64,000 nucleotides of DNA from Octopus vulgaris (taxonomy: Eukaryota): positions 24,614,001 through 24,678,000 of the forward strand of contig OX597815.1 in assembly GCA_951406725.2 (NCBI GenBank), given 5' to 3'. How positions within the stretch are numbered: the stretch's first letter is position 1; every line of letters begins with the position of its first letter. The notes under the pieces are model-generated. The model had not been told where the DNA came from. It made no database searches and saw only the letters and a list, made by a program, of their open reading frames with translations. Position numbers and translations under genes: made by a program. Below, piece after piece: positions 1 through 12,450 of this stretch.

Positions 1-917
1 TAATGGAGTACCACAAGGCTCCATCTTTTTATGGACAGGATATACAGGCTTGGCTGTTTGGTCAAAATTTTTTCCAAAAAACCATGCAGTTATAGATTTG
101 ATCTTATTGCAGTACAATTTAAGCAAAGCTTTTCAGGTGATCAAACGTTATGAATGAAGTTTGCTGGATGGAAACTGCATTGAAGCCTATCATTTGTGTG
201 TGTGTGTGTGCATGAATGTGCATGCTTGTGCATGTGGTGTGCATGCGGAGTGTGTGTGTGTGTGTGTTTATACTGGTGCAAATTGGAAATTAGTACACTC
301 AAACTGAAATATTTTGCACTATTTTTGCCAGAATGAATTATCATCTTCTATGTCAATGTTCACTTTACATCATACAAGAATGATGAAATAAAAACCAGGC
401 AATATACTGGAACTGGTATAATCAACTAAAAGCTCTTGTGCCTAAAATCAATACCAGAAAACGACAAAAATATGTCAAAAATCAGTACCAGAAAAAGACA
501 CAAATACAGAGCGTAACTGGATAGTAGAGAGAATACAAAATGTCAAATACAAAATGTACCCATATAATTAAACACTTTATGTTTCAGTGTCCAGTACAAG
601 AACATGCAAAATGTTGAAGTATGCAGTAGAACTATGCTATGTCTTAGACAATAGATCAAAGGGTTGTACCAAGTCTTTCAGCTGATTACATGTATGCCAT
701 AGGTCTATTTGATTATAGCTGGTCTAGGACAGCATGACAATTCACTGCTTTATTTCATGATTTAATAAAATAATTGGGGGTTATGAGCTATGAGAAACTT
801 TTTTTAAAAAGGCATCATCTTACATTCTGTTTGAATACAATTGAATGAATGACACAATAGAGAAAAAAAAGTTAAATAAACATTAAAGTGAAGGAAAAAA
901 GTTAATTGAAATTTTAC

Positions 918-1091
918 TTTTTTTGAACCACCCTCTTTTTCTTCTTTTGTAGCTTTCTTCTTTTTGCCATCGGGTGGTTTAGCCTTATACACCCACAGTT
1001 CTGATTTCTCAACCAACAAGCGCAGGTCATCCAAATCTCGTTTAATCTGTTTGTAGTTTTCAACATCGCTTGTAGACACCAATAGTTGGAC
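918..1091 (-). CDS. Itpr: IP3 receptor exon (VQLLVSTSDVENYKQIKRDLDDLRLLVEKSELWVYK...GSKK), last in window
   Basis: AAG acceptor; GTAAAA donor is the best guess because the next exon is outside the window; VEKSELWV motif. Confidence 0.9.
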
Positions 1092-1733
1092 CTTAAAAAA
1101 CAAAGAAATTGATTTTTGAAAAACTAAGATTATAATCAGTTTTACTTACCTTGGCAGTAATACGAAATTGGTCAAAATCTTAGTTTTCAGTCATTAAAAA
1201 ATTAGATTTAAAATTAAAAGTTATTAAATTTAACTGTTCTTAATTTAAGCCAGCAATTTTTGAGGGTGGTGAGTTACTCATTTACATCTAATCCAGTACT
1301 TTGACTGATACTGTGATTGGAAGATAGTAAAAAAAAAAAAAAAAAAAAGGGTATTGGACTCATGATTGTAAGATTGTAGTTTCAATTCCTGGACCAGGCA
1401 ATGTGTTGTATTCTTGAGCAAAACACTTCATTTCGCTTTGCTCCAGTCCACTCCGCTGGCAAAAATGAGTAATCCTGTGATGGACCAATATCCCATCCAG
1501 GTGTGGAATATATACGCCATGATGCTGGGAAAGCAGCCCTTGCGAGTTGGCATGACTCAAGAAGGAAGGTAGTTTATTGCAATTAAAAAGCAAGTTTATT
1601 ATCTGAGAAAGGTAAAGACCTATCTGTTGTAAACTGACATCTCTAACACACACACACACACACACACAAGAATGAAATGAAATCATCCAGAAAGAGAGAT
1701 AAAGCATTTGAAAAAGGTAAAATTGATACATAC

Positions 1734-1899
1734 TTGGTTAAAAGCTTGAAGAACCTCTTGCCGTTGACTAAAATGCCTGAAGAGTAATTGGAGAGCTCCT
1801 GATACAACTGCAGGATAGTTGTGCATCACCAGGTTAAGAAGAACCCGGAGAAACATCTTACCACCTTGTCCATCTAAATCTAATTCCGCTGTTTCAGAA
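1734..1899 (-). CDS. Itpr: IP3 receptor exon ([21 protein letters not shown]...[14 protein letters not shown])
   Basis: CAG acceptor and GTATGT donor; 166 nt, phase 2 to 0. Confidence 0.96.
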
Positions 1900-1989
1900 C
1901 TGGAATGAAATAAAAAGAATAATAATAATCTTATAATACATTAACATTTTTAACTCATGGTTTTTACTATAAAGAAATATAATGAATAA

Positions 1990-2912
1990 TTTTGTTATCT
2001 AGGTGACCAAGTTAGTAGTGGAGGTGGATTCTCTGAGAGTATAGCTGAAAGAATAAGATTAGGCTGGAAAAAGTTCAGAGAGCTCCTACCACTGCTGCCA
2101 ACAAAAGGCCTCTCTCTCAGAGTGAAAGGCAGATTGTATGACACCAGTATGTGAATAGCTATGTTACACGGCAGTAAAACATGGGCTGTGACAGTTGAGG
2201 ACATGCATAGGCTTGAAAGAAATGAAGCCAGTATGCTTCGCTGGATGTGCACTGTCAGTGTGCATGTTTGACAGAGTGTAAGCATCCTGAGAGAAAAGTT
2301 AGGTATAAGAGGCATCAGATGTGGTGTGCAAGAGAGATGGCTGTGATGGTATGGTCATATGATGCATATGGATGAGAACAACTGTGTAAAAATGTGCTGA
2401 TCTCTAACTGTGGAGAAGCATAATCTTTGAACTTTGAACCTCACAGAGGCAATGACTAGTGATTGAGACCTTTAGCGATATGCTGTGCTTGAGAAGACCC
2501 GTCAAGCCAAGTGAAATTGTAATCGTGATTGATGTTGGTGTCACTGGTTGGGCCTCATGGAGGCAATGTAGCTGAATTCTTTTTCAGCATCGGGCCTCAT
2601 GGAGGCAAAGTGACTGAGTTCCTTTTCAGTGTTGGGTCTCACGGAGGCAATGATAGACCTTTGGCATTATGTTGTGCTTGAGAAGAAAACCTATTAAACT
2701 GAGCAAAAGAGCAGTCATGGCAGATACTGGTGTCACGCAAATGGTACCCATTCCAGTGGCATGTAAAAGCACCCATTACACTCTCAGAGTGGTTGGCATT
2801 AGGAAGGGCATCCAGCCGTAGAAAAACATGCCAAATCAGACTGGAGTCTGGTGCAGCCTTCCAGCTTACCAGCCCTGGTCTAAGCGTCCAACCCATGGAC
2901 AACAGACGTTAA

Positions 2913-2955
<43 letters not shown>
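1990..2955 (+). mobile_element. RTE-clade LINE 3' remnant with 3'UTR and (TGA)n tail
   Basis: Decayed RT C-terminus (FCYLGDQVSSGGG...RIRLGWKKFRELLPLL...MLRWMC) with stops, followed by the GGCATTAGGAAGGGCATCCAG tail module and (ATG)n. Confidence 0.85.
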
Positions 2956-2956
<1 letters not shown>

Positions 2957-2978
2957 ATATATATATATATATATATAT

Positions 2979-3264
2979 GTGGAGGCGCAATGGCCTAGTG
3001 GTTAGGGCAGCGGACTCGCAGTCACAGGATCGCGGTTTCGATTCCCAGACCGGGCGTTGTGAGTGTTTATTGAGCGAAAACACCTAAAAAGCTCCACGAG
3101 GCTCTAGCACGGGTTGGTGATCCCTGCTGTACTCTTTCACCACTCTTTCTTCTGTTGGCCTGCTCGCTTAGCCAGCAGGGTGGCGTCATTCGAAGGCTAA
3201 AACAATGCGATGACCAGCGATGTGTAACAACATCTGATGGTCTGGTCGGTCACGTGATCACGTG

Positions 3265-3265
<1 letters not shown>
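2979..3265 (+). mobile_element. tRNA-derived SINE
   Basis: Pol III A box TGGCCTAGTGG and B box GGTTTCGATTCC, then a non-tRNA body; flanked by (AT)n. Confidence 0.8.
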
Positions 3266-3307
<42 letters not shown>

Positions 3308-3842
3308 TAGTCATTAACTCAATTTTGAGCATAACCACTTTCTCACAGCAAACAAGTCTTTTACAGTTTTGACTGCATTTCTACCTCAGGCTCTCAGATG
3401 ATTACTTAGCCCTAATTTCATTTTAAAATTTTTTGTGGAAAATGTAGCGTATAATTTCCACTGGGCTTACAAATAATTTACAACTGCCAAATTCTGCTTA
3501 CAAAGTTTTGGTTAACTTAAAGTTATGATAGAAGACACTTACCCCAGGTGTGAATAGTAGGTTTGGACCTAGAATCAAGGGCTGCAAAGTTAACTTCACA
3601 ATGACATTGCAATCATTGTCTCACAGGCTTCTCTTAAAATATTACTTTAAATACTGTAAAGTTTTTGTTTAAATAGACTTTTTCTAAGTGTGTGTGTTTT
3701 TTTTAACCATCAGATGAACATTACAGTGAAATCAATAGGATTTTTATGGCCCCTGAATTTGATTATGTCATCTATTATGAACAACCAAACTAATAGAATA
3801 TTGCGTTAAACAAATATCTAAACTTATGTGGAACCAAACCAA

Positions 3843-3908
3843 TCTATATATATATAAAGCTGAAGTTGTCTGTGTGTGGCAGGTTTGGTAGCCTTCATAT
3901 ACTGCTAG
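3843..3908 (+). mobile_element. 66-bp minimal Helitron derivative
   Basis: A|TCTATATATATATAAAG...ATACTGCTAG|T; same terminal decamer as the 505-bp Helitrons. Confidence 0.6.
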
Positions 3909-4074
3909 TATATGATAATACACAATCTGTGCTTTCCTGAAGCTTAAGGCCAAACCATGCTTGGAGTTGTCTCCTGTACTTGTCAGAATAAGTAAAACAG
4001 TATTTATTATTGAATTGTATTGTCTTTTCCTCACTACATAATTAACTGTAATTCACTTTCTTAATTCTTATTGC

Positions 4075-4425
4075 ATTGTGGCCGTAGCCAGCGCCGACTC
4101 GACTGGCTTCTGTGCTGGTGGCACATAAAAAGCACCATCCGAATGTGGCCGTTGCCAGCGCTGCCTTGGCTGGCTTCCGTGCCAGTGGCACGTTAAAAGC
4201 TCCAACCGATCATGGCCGATGCCGGACCCCCCTGGCACCTGTGCAGGTGGCATGTAAAAAGCACCCACTACACTCGCGGAGTGGTTGGCGTTAGGAAGGG
4301 CATCCAGCTGTAGATACTCTGCCAGATCAGACTGAAGCCTGGTGCAGCCCCTGGCTTCCCAGACCCCTGTCGAACCGTCCAACCCGTGCTAGCGCAGAAA
4401 ACGGGCGTTAAATGATGATGATGAG
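4075..4425 (+). mobile_element. RTE-tail SINE-like repeat with internal ~64-bp tandem units
   Basis: GTGGCACRTAAAAAGCACC units, GGCGTTAGGAAGGGCATCCAG, (TGA)n tail; related copies at 31290-31510(-), 43790-44120(-), 50550-50823(+), 60400-60765(+). Confidence 0.8.
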
Positions 4426-4584
4426 GATAATATACAGTTTGTCCTAATTACTAGTGACTGTGTAACGCCCAACTGTATGTCCAAGTTTTGTTATTATGGC
4501 TGAAAATAGTTTAATAATCTATGAAAAATTACAATGAAATTTATACATCTATAATATAATAGTTTAAAATAAATAGAATCTAAC

Positions 4585-4636
4585 CTCCCACCAAAGACAT
4601 CTTCCGCTTGAGCTGCTACGTTGTCAAAACCCAGTG
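4585..4636 (-). CDS. Itpr: IP3 receptor short exon (LGFDNVAAQAEDVFGG)
   Basis: T-tract TAG acceptor and GTTAGA donor; 52 nt, phase 1 to 2; matches ITPR1 LDFEHIEEQAEGIFGG. Confidence 0.9.
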
Positions 4637-4889
4637 CTAAAAAAAAAGGAAAAAACAGAAAGAATATTTTATGCAAAAACAGTTTGTATTAAGGTAGCTT
4701 TGATAAATTTAGATTAGTTTACAATGCTTTCATTGTGGAAAGCAAACTGATCAAAATACATTTTAGTATTCTCTTTACACACGGATAAATATTTTTTCCT
4801 ATATGATTTATGGCTAATTGGTTGCTTGTCAGAGAGCAAGTATCTCACAAACAGAATTAAAATATATACAGTTGTACAAAATTTGATGT

Positions 4890-5160
4890 TTTTGTATTTG
4901 GCTTGCAAGACTCTTGATGTGAACTTAAGCGTTGAAAAAGGTTTTGTTTTTATCTTGGGAGGGTCATTATGCCAATAATATACACATGCACTGGTTCTGT
5001 TTCCCTTCTTTCATCATTATTTGTCAACTGGTCAACCAGTAAACTAATTGATTGTTTGATTAATTGTTGAGTCAATCAATCAGCTAGGTTCATAAGAGTC
5101 CGTTTGTCGCCATATGCAACCTCATCAATGACATACATTTTCTACTCCAGATCTGCTTTG
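4890..5160 (-). mobile_element. Penelope-like/terminal-repeat fragment
   Basis: Shares the CACATCAAGARTCTTGCAA block with 12670-12720, 13215-13265, 16900-16950, 39290-39340 and 44395-44425; a related copy lies at 44195-44430. Confidence 0.5.
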
Positions 5161-5712
5161 GGTCTTTTTGCCTGTCTCCTCCAAAATATAATCATTTTGA
5201 AAATCACCGCCAATAAAATCAATGCAGCAACACATTTTGGTACTTGCAATCTCATCTTTATTTGTTCTATCCTGGCTTGATTTTCAAAACATTTTAAAAT
5301 AACTTCTACTGACAGCTGTTATTAAATTTTAAGTAAACCACGTATTAAGACTAATTGTTTTTTCTATGTGAGAGACCAGACAAGTTTTCACAGAAGGCTG
5401 GAAATGAAATAGGCGAGGGCAGGATTTAGACACTGCTTGCAAGACGGTGACACTCATTTACGACTACCACATGAAGTCAAGGCAAGGAGACTAAAATACA
5501 CACGCATATATATATATATATATATATATACTTTATAATTAGGGTTCAGCAAAGATTTGCTTTACCACATACCAAAGTTTAGAAATAGCAGCCAAAGAAC
5601 CTTAGCTATTTCCTTTACTTTAAAAAGAGACTCATGATAAAAACAAAGAACTCGAAAACAATACACACAGGCAGAGAGCAAAAATAACGAAAATCAATCG
5701 ATATTTGATTAC

Positions 5713-5793
5713 CCATGTACGTGTTTCGGAATTAGATCGGTATAAAGAATGTATAATTTATACTTTACTCAAACATTTTCTTCATCAGCATAT
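5713..5793 (-). ncRNA. degenerate minimal hammerhead ribozyme motif in a Penelope-like repeat fragment
   Basis: ATG-CTGATGA-[long stem II]-GAAACACGTA-CAT on the minus strand; stem II imperfect. Confidence 0.5.
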
Positions 5794-6445
5794 TAAAAAA
5801 AAAATTTTTTTTAATATTTAAAAAATATTTTATATATATATATATATATTAGCCTACTTTCAGTTTCCATCAACCAAAATCCACTCACAAAGCTTGGATT
5901 GGCAATAAACTGTGGAGACTATGAATTACTGTGCAATAAACAGTCAGTATATACTAAACTTAGATATATACTTCACTGAAACCATACATAAGGAATGATT
6001 TCTAAAATATAGAAATTAGTCTGAACACAGATTCTATTATAAAAGTGATATCAGTGATGCTTAATATAAGTTGTATTGTATTTTTACAAGTTAATTGATC
6101 AAAATGCATATGTATATTTAAGCTGAATGGAAACAAAAATGATATACAATAAGAAAGAAGGTATACAAAAATGTTATAGAGCGTGATGTGTTGGATTTAG
6201 GAGTCACATATTTTTTCCTTTCTTAATGTTTTCTGTCTCTGTGTATCTGCACTAATATTAAAAAGGAAAAAAAAATCAAGATTTCTAGTCAAGATGAATG
6301 GATAAAGAAAACATTCTCATTGTCCTAATCAATTAATGTCTTTGCTCCATGTTGGAAGTCAAAGAAGTCAAAAGCAAAAAGGGAAAAATAGAAAGAAGAC
6401 TAAGAAAATTGAATGGGTAAAGAAAAATATAAATATATAAAAGAC

Positions 6446-6536
6446 CTTGTGTGCCATCGGTTTTCTCCAGGAATTCCCTTTTGAATATGGTCAACAAACA
6501 AGTGATTCTGTAATCCAAGCGTACATGAAGAATAAA
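6446..6536 (-). CDS. Itpr: IP3 receptor exon (FILHVRLDYRITCLLTIFKREFLEKTDGTQ)
   Basis: CAG acceptor; weak GTCTTT donor chosen for phase compatibility; 91 nt, phase 0 to 1. Confidence 0.88.
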
Positions 6537-6866
6537 CTGCAATAAAATCAGGAAAGAATTTGCAATGAGAGATTTTTGCTATCTTGCAGGTAGAAATAAC
6601 AATAAAGGGAACATGGTGATCCACCGCCTCTAATATTTACAACTGTTACAATCAAGGAGGCATCAATGTGGTCACTCAACCTGCTAAAATCAACAGGAAA
6701 TCAACCCTCTAACTCACATGACTATCTTAAAAGAAAGTATATATCTGATAATGTACAAGAATTAACCTTTGAATACAAGACTAATCCACAGAATATTCCT
6801 CACAATTAATGTTGCAGGCATATTACCAAAGTAGTTAGGATTCTCTCTCTCTTTTTATATTATTAA

Positions 6867-7372
6867 CTAGCAGTATCGCCCGGCGTTGCTCGGGTTTGTA
6901 AGGGAAATAACTATATAAGCATTTTTAGAGAGTTACTTCCCTTATAAATTCGGGCTTTCTTAGCCATTTTTGTTTTGGTGTCTTCAAGCCATGAAGTCGT
7001 TGTTCTAAAAGAACGCTGGTTTCCTTCACAACGCATTACGACGTTGATTTCTTTACACTCCCTTCCCCACAGCTTCACGAGGGAGGGAAGGGGGAGAAGC
7101 AAACAGGTGCAGCTGTGAGCGTGGATGCCAACTCCGCCGCCATCGACATATGATGCATTTTATGCATTAAAATGGAATAAAAAATGATGTTAAATTATTT
7201 TTAAAATCGTAGACTCATCGTTGACGCGCGCTAATAGTCAGACGGGCTCGATATGAATCACGACTATAAGATACCCGAATTTGGTTAAACTGCACCGCAA
7301 AATGTGGGAGGAGTTAGGAATCTAAATCGAAGGGGACAGACACTCACACAACTAGAGTTTTATATATATAGA
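6867..7372 (-). mobile_element. non-autonomous Helitron, copy 1
   Basis: 5' TC (A|TCTATATATATAAAA); 3' hairpin CCCGAGCAACGCCGGG then CTAG|T; no TSD. Confidence 0.88.
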
Positions 7373-8002
7373 TAAACAAAATATGACAAGAGAGCTCAAA
7401 GGTTAACAGAGAGAACAGTTAAGTGGATTGCTAAATAAGCTCATTAAGAAATTGAATTTGCTATTTGATATTGATTTCTAACAGCCAGAAAGGCACATAT
7501 TTTGGGGAAGAGTATAATCAATTACATCAAACCCAGAACTTTTTTTATCCCTTAGAAGGAAGGGCAAAGCCCACAACCCTTAACAGAGCTTCTAAGAGTA
7601 GTGGAAAGGAATGAGAAGGTATCCTCAAACTGGAAACCTATTCTGAATGCTTGCAACAGAGGGCTATGCTAAAGGCATCTAAGAATCAAGTAATGGTATT
7701 AAACCAGGCAACAGCAAAAGTTGGCCATGGCAGGATTTGAACTCAAAATAATACAGAGAATCAGAATAAAAACCACAAGAAATTTGTCTGTTGTTCTAAT
7801 AACTCTGCCAACTCACACCTTGTAATTTATTTTTATTGAACCCAGAAGGATGAAAGACAAAGTTCATTTTACCTTTCATCCAAAACAAAATGCCACAACT
7901 GGTGCAAGGTCTTTTGTCTGGCTTTCTAACAATTCTGTCAGTCCATTAGCTAAATTAACAGTTTACAATACATTCTACTTTCTAATAAGAGATTATTTTA
8001 AA

Positions 8003-8515
8003 CTAGCAGTATCGCCCGGCGTTGCTCGGGTTTGTAAGGGAAATAACTATATAAGCATTTTTAGAGAGTTACCTCCCTTATAGATGCCAATTTGGGCTTT
8101 CTTAGCCATTTCTGTTTTGGTGTCTTCAAGCCATGAAGTCGTTGTTCTAAAAGAACGCTGGTCTCCTTGACAACGCTTTACGACGTTGATTTCCTTACAC
8201 TCCCTTCCCCACAGCTTCACGAGGGAGGGAAGAAGGGGGAGAAGCAAACAGGTGCAGGTGTGACCGTGGACGCCAACTCCGCCGCCATCGACACACGAAA
8301 AATTATGCATTAAAATGGAATAAAAAATGATGTTAAATTATTTTTAAAATCGTAGACTCATCGTAGACGCGCGCTAATAGCCAGACGGGCTCGATATGAA
8401 TCACGACTATAAGATACCCAAATTTGGTTAAACTGCACCGCAAAATGTGGGAGTAGTTAGGAATCTAAATCGAAGGGGACAGACACTCACACAACTACAG
8501 TTTTATATATATAGA
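8003..8515 (-). mobile_element. non-autonomous Helitron, copy 2
   Basis: Highly similar to copy 1, same termini and AT target. Confidence 0.88.
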
Positions 8516-8556
8516 TTATTTAAAATCAATTAGTCAAATTAACATTAAAAAACAAC

Positions 8557-8666
8557 CTGAAGTATGGTAATAATCTTTAATTTTGTGTCCATGATAATCG
8601 TGCTGTTTTTGTCTACACTTTTCTTAGTTAATAAATGAGCTGGAAGGCTGCTTTTGTCTTCAGATT
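8557..8666 (-). CDS. Itpr: IP3 receptor exon (SEDKSS...IMDTKLKIITILQ)
   Basis: CAG acceptor and GTTGTT donor; 110 nt, phase 1 to 0; MDTKLKIIxILQ motif. Confidence 0.9.
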
Positions 8667-9367
8667 CTGTAACAAAATTGTGAAGATAATTCTTATTAAT
8701 ATAATATATAAAGAATGAAGTAACAACAGTTTTGATTTCATTTAGTTTCACAAATAATTCACAAAACAGATGGTAAAATAATTTTGATCTTAATAGGATC
8801 TTGCCAGTAAGTTTTTAAAGAATATTTTCTTATAATCAAAATAACATACTTCTAGTCAACAATTTCATGATTTTCTGGAGTGCCCCTTTCAAAGCTGACA
8901 CTTTTTTCCAAACATAACAAGATAAATGATGTATGATTTTAGTACTATTCAAGAAAACAAATTGAATTTCAACTATTTTAAGTTAAAAGTTAATCATTAC
9001 ATGAATCTCAAGAATGCACAAAGCAAACTTAACTCAAAGGTGTTGAGTGAAGGGATTAAAATCTTGTATCTTGTGATTGGGAATATATTGCGTTCTTAGT
9101 TAAGAAACTTAACAATCAATGTCCATTAAAAACAGAAATTGTTAGGAAGTGTAACTAGCAAGAGTAGTGTATGTATATTTTGTAAGTTAGTGGTGTTGAA
9201 CTTAAATTTCCCATGGCTTTGAAGTGGAAAACCACTCTTTTGAATCAGTACATGAAGATTAAATTTTTTGAGATACTAACATTATCTACACAATAGGTGC
9301 AATGACATTTTTGTTTAAAAGGCTATACAGCTTGGCATTGTAAAACTATATTTCACTACATACTTAC

Positions 9368-9509
9368 CATCAACAAGTAGTTTGTTCATTCGAACGTTCT
9401 GTTCACTGGGAGTGCAATCAAGTATAATTAGTAATGTCTTTGTAAGACGAAGCAAATCACTGAATGTGTAAAATCCAAAGTAGATCAGATGTTTGGCCAA
9501 GTTCACAAC
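9368..9509 (-). CDS. Itpr: IP3 receptor exon ([32 protein letters not shown]...)
   Basis: TAG acceptor and GTAAGT donor; 142 nt, phase 0 to 1; LIYFGFY motif. Confidence 0.96.
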
Positions 9510-10378
9510 CTAGAGAAAGAATTATGAATAATTCAATAACACAGCCAGTATCACTTTTGGTACATGCAAACATGCTAAATAATTTTTCTTAGATTACTTT
9601 TATTTTGTTAGGGATACAAACATAATTCTCTTTTATTCATTTTTACTTGTTTCACATGGTCAGATTAAGTCTACCATCCGAGAACTCAAAATACAAAGAG
9701 TTGTGACAAACACTGGCACCTGATTCTCTATCAATTCTACTAATCACTGTCTTGGACTGATTATATATTTGAGTAACTCAGAAAAAATAAAAAGCAAAAT
9801 TGACCTTAGCAGGACTGAACTCAGAGTACAGAGAGTTGGAACAAATACTGCAACACTTTTTGCCATATGCTCTAACCATTCTGCCAATTTGATGCCTTTT
9901 TTATTCATATATTTGCATATATGCAGATATCCACCTGTGCATCTATCTTTTCTGCCCATTATTCCTGGATGGGTCATAGGGGTAGAATACCCAAGCAGCC
10001 CCTCCATAGGATCCTATCAGAAGCAAATATCATTAGACTTTCTAATTTATTCTGATATTTAATAGATATTTCTCAAGTCAGTCTATTGCACTTTCTACAC
10101 ATGTTGTGGTGGAAGGAGTGGTGGTGTTTATGTCAATGAGATAAATGAATATTCTTGACCGAAGAGATCTAATTTAAAGAAATTCATGTAAAAAGAGTTA
10201 GTAAATACAATACATTAGATAATAATCTGTAGTATTAATTAATCTCTCCATGAATAACACTGCATTATGCCTGAATGGGTGAAGGTGGAAGAGAAGAAAG
10301 AAAAAGCCTCCAAAAATAAATAAATATACAAACAGATAAATACAAAGTCGTAAAAAATTATAGCAAGTTGATTATTAC

Positions 10379-10532
10379 CTCATAAGTAAGTTCATTCTGG
10401 AATCTGTCCTTCTGTGACCAACTTGTATCAGCAGCAACTGTAGATAAATAATCCTCTACAAATTTCATGGTTGATGCAAATCTGCTTTTGACTTTCTCCT
10501 TTTCAGTATCTTTACTATGAAGCGTTTCATAA
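10379..10532 (-). CDS. Itpr: IP3 receptor exon (YETLHSKD...FASTMKFVEDYL...NELTYE)
   Basis: CAG acceptor and GTAATA donor; 154 nt, phase 2 to 0. Confidence 0.93.
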
Positions 10533-10804
10533 CTGATCAAATGTAATAAAAGTAAATTACATCAGAAATATTATCAATGAAAAAAAATATTTGTCATCAT
10601 AGTAATCATCATTGTCATTGTTTTACATTCACTTTTCCTGCTGGTATGGGTTGGGTATGTTCCTTGGTACTCTGTAGGTACCCCAAGGAACCACATCTCA
10701 CTTGTTAGTTTCATTTTTGGCTTGTTCTCTATGACTGAATACCCTTCCCAACACAAATATTATCCAGACTGCACCGAGTATATTTTCTCATGAGTTGGCC
10801 TTCT

Positions 10805-11222
10805 AGGAGTGGCTGAGTGGTAAGTAGCTTGCTTACCAACCACATGGTTCCGGGTTCAGTCCCACTGTGTGGCACATTGGGCAAGTGTCTTCTACTATAG
10901 CCTTGGGCTGACCAAAGCCTTGTGAATGGATTTGGTAGAAGGAAACTGAAAAGAAGCCCGTCATATATATGTATACATATATATATGTGTGTGTGTGTAT
11001 GTATGCTTGTGTGTCTGTGTTTGTCCCCCTAACATCGCTTGACAATGGATGCTGGTGTGTTTATGTCCCCATGACTTAGCAGTTTGGCAAAAGAGACCGA
11101 TAGAATAAGTACTAGGCTTACAAAGAATAAGTCCTGGGGTCAATTTGCTTGACTAAAGGCGGTGCTCCAGCATGGCTACAGTCAAATGACTGAAACAAGT
11201 AAAAGAGTAAGGAGTAAGAGTA
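10805..11222 (+). mobile_element. composite tRNA-derived SINE (CORE-like head, internal TA/TG microsatellite)
   Basis: GGAGTGGCTG..TGGTAAG, GGTTCAGTCCC and GGGCAAGTG blocks; same family at 34204-34610(+), 41585-42005(-), 24650-24880(+). Confidence 0.8.
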
Positions 11223-11702
11223 ACTCCACACTTAACTGAATGTAAAGAGTACATTTTATTGCAGCAAATCGACCAAGGTCCATGTTTTTTTATTATATTT
11301 ATAGAATATATTTTTGTAATTTCATTTCTTCTATTTTAACTGAAACTGGACTTTGTTAACATCTACGCAGTAGTGAACTTAAGCACCACTGTAAACCATA
11401 ATCAACTTCAACGAAGGATAATGTATTTACTGTCACTAATGTTTTATTAAAAATAAAATCAAAGACATGTGAGTAGAATTCTCCTCAGCCTTGCATGGAA
11501 CCTAAGAATATTGCACAGTAAATAAATATACAACTGCTAAAGAAAGCCACAATTAATTTCTACTTCATGAGTTCATTGGAAGCGTGTCACCATTTTGTGT
11601 AAATAGTAGTGTCTTTTTGTTCTTTTCAGGTTTCTTTAACTATCAGAAATTTTCTCCAGCATTACAAAGAGACCTACTGATGATATTTTAATTAATCCTG
11701 GG

Positions 11703-11936
11703 AAGGCAGTGAGTTGGCAGAAACATTAGCATGTCGGACGAAATGCGTAGCTGTATTTCGTCTGCAGTTACGTTCTGAGTTCAAATTCCACCAAGGTCAA
11801 CTTTGCCTTTCATCCTTTTGGGGTCAACAAATTAAGAACCAGTTACACACTGGGGTCGATATAATCGACTTAATCCATTTGTCTGTCCTTGTTTGTCCCC
11901 TCTGTGTTTAGCCCCTTGTGGGTAGTAAAGAAACAA
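11703..11936 (+). mobile_element. Meta/MESC-domain tRNA SINE with 20-bp TSD
   Basis: GCCTTTCATCCTTTYGGGGTC core; TSD ATATTTTAATTAATCCTGGG on both sides. Confidence 0.85.
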
Positions 11937-12294
11937 ATATTTTAATTAATCCTGGGCCATGAATTTTATATCAAAAAATCTAACATCATACTATGATATT
12001 TTACCAATGTTCTTTAGTATTACAAAAATTGTTAGTTTGAGAAATAGTATTTGTACATATTTTGCTCATAAATGTAATATTTCAATGTAAATCTTAAGTT
12101 TGTATGTTCAAAGCAACTACATTGTTTAAGATAGAGGACATATGATGTTTGTTAGTTCAAATCATTATGATTCTATGTTAGGTCTTCACAACAAAATAAT
12201 CTCAGTTCTTATCAATTAGCCTACAAATTCCGGTCAATACAGAGATAGATATTTTTAAAGAAGCAATACTGGAAATTAGATTCAGATTACTCAC

Positions 12295-12450
12295 TCTTCA
12301 ATCAGAATCTTTTGAGGAATTTCTGACCAAAGTCTGGCATATTTGACTGGAGTAACCTTCTCTTGAGGGTCTCGGTCCACATGCATGTGTAACATCAAAC
12401 GACAAAAAGATGCTCTGATATCATTTGACAGCATCTCATCCTCCATACAC
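12295..12450 (-). CDS. Itpr: IP3 receptor exon ([45 protein letters not shown])
   Basis: TAG acceptor and GTGAGT donor; 156 nt, phase 2 to 2. Confidence 0.96.

Noticed and set aside
1150-1178. Strong CAAG|GTAAGT donor 58 nt before an acceptor
   Set aside because: No frame-preserving upstream acceptor (29 nt in a phase-0 intron).
2979-3060. tRNA gene
   Set aside because: It has A and B boxes but continues into a SINE body with no clean acceptor stem or T-run terminator.
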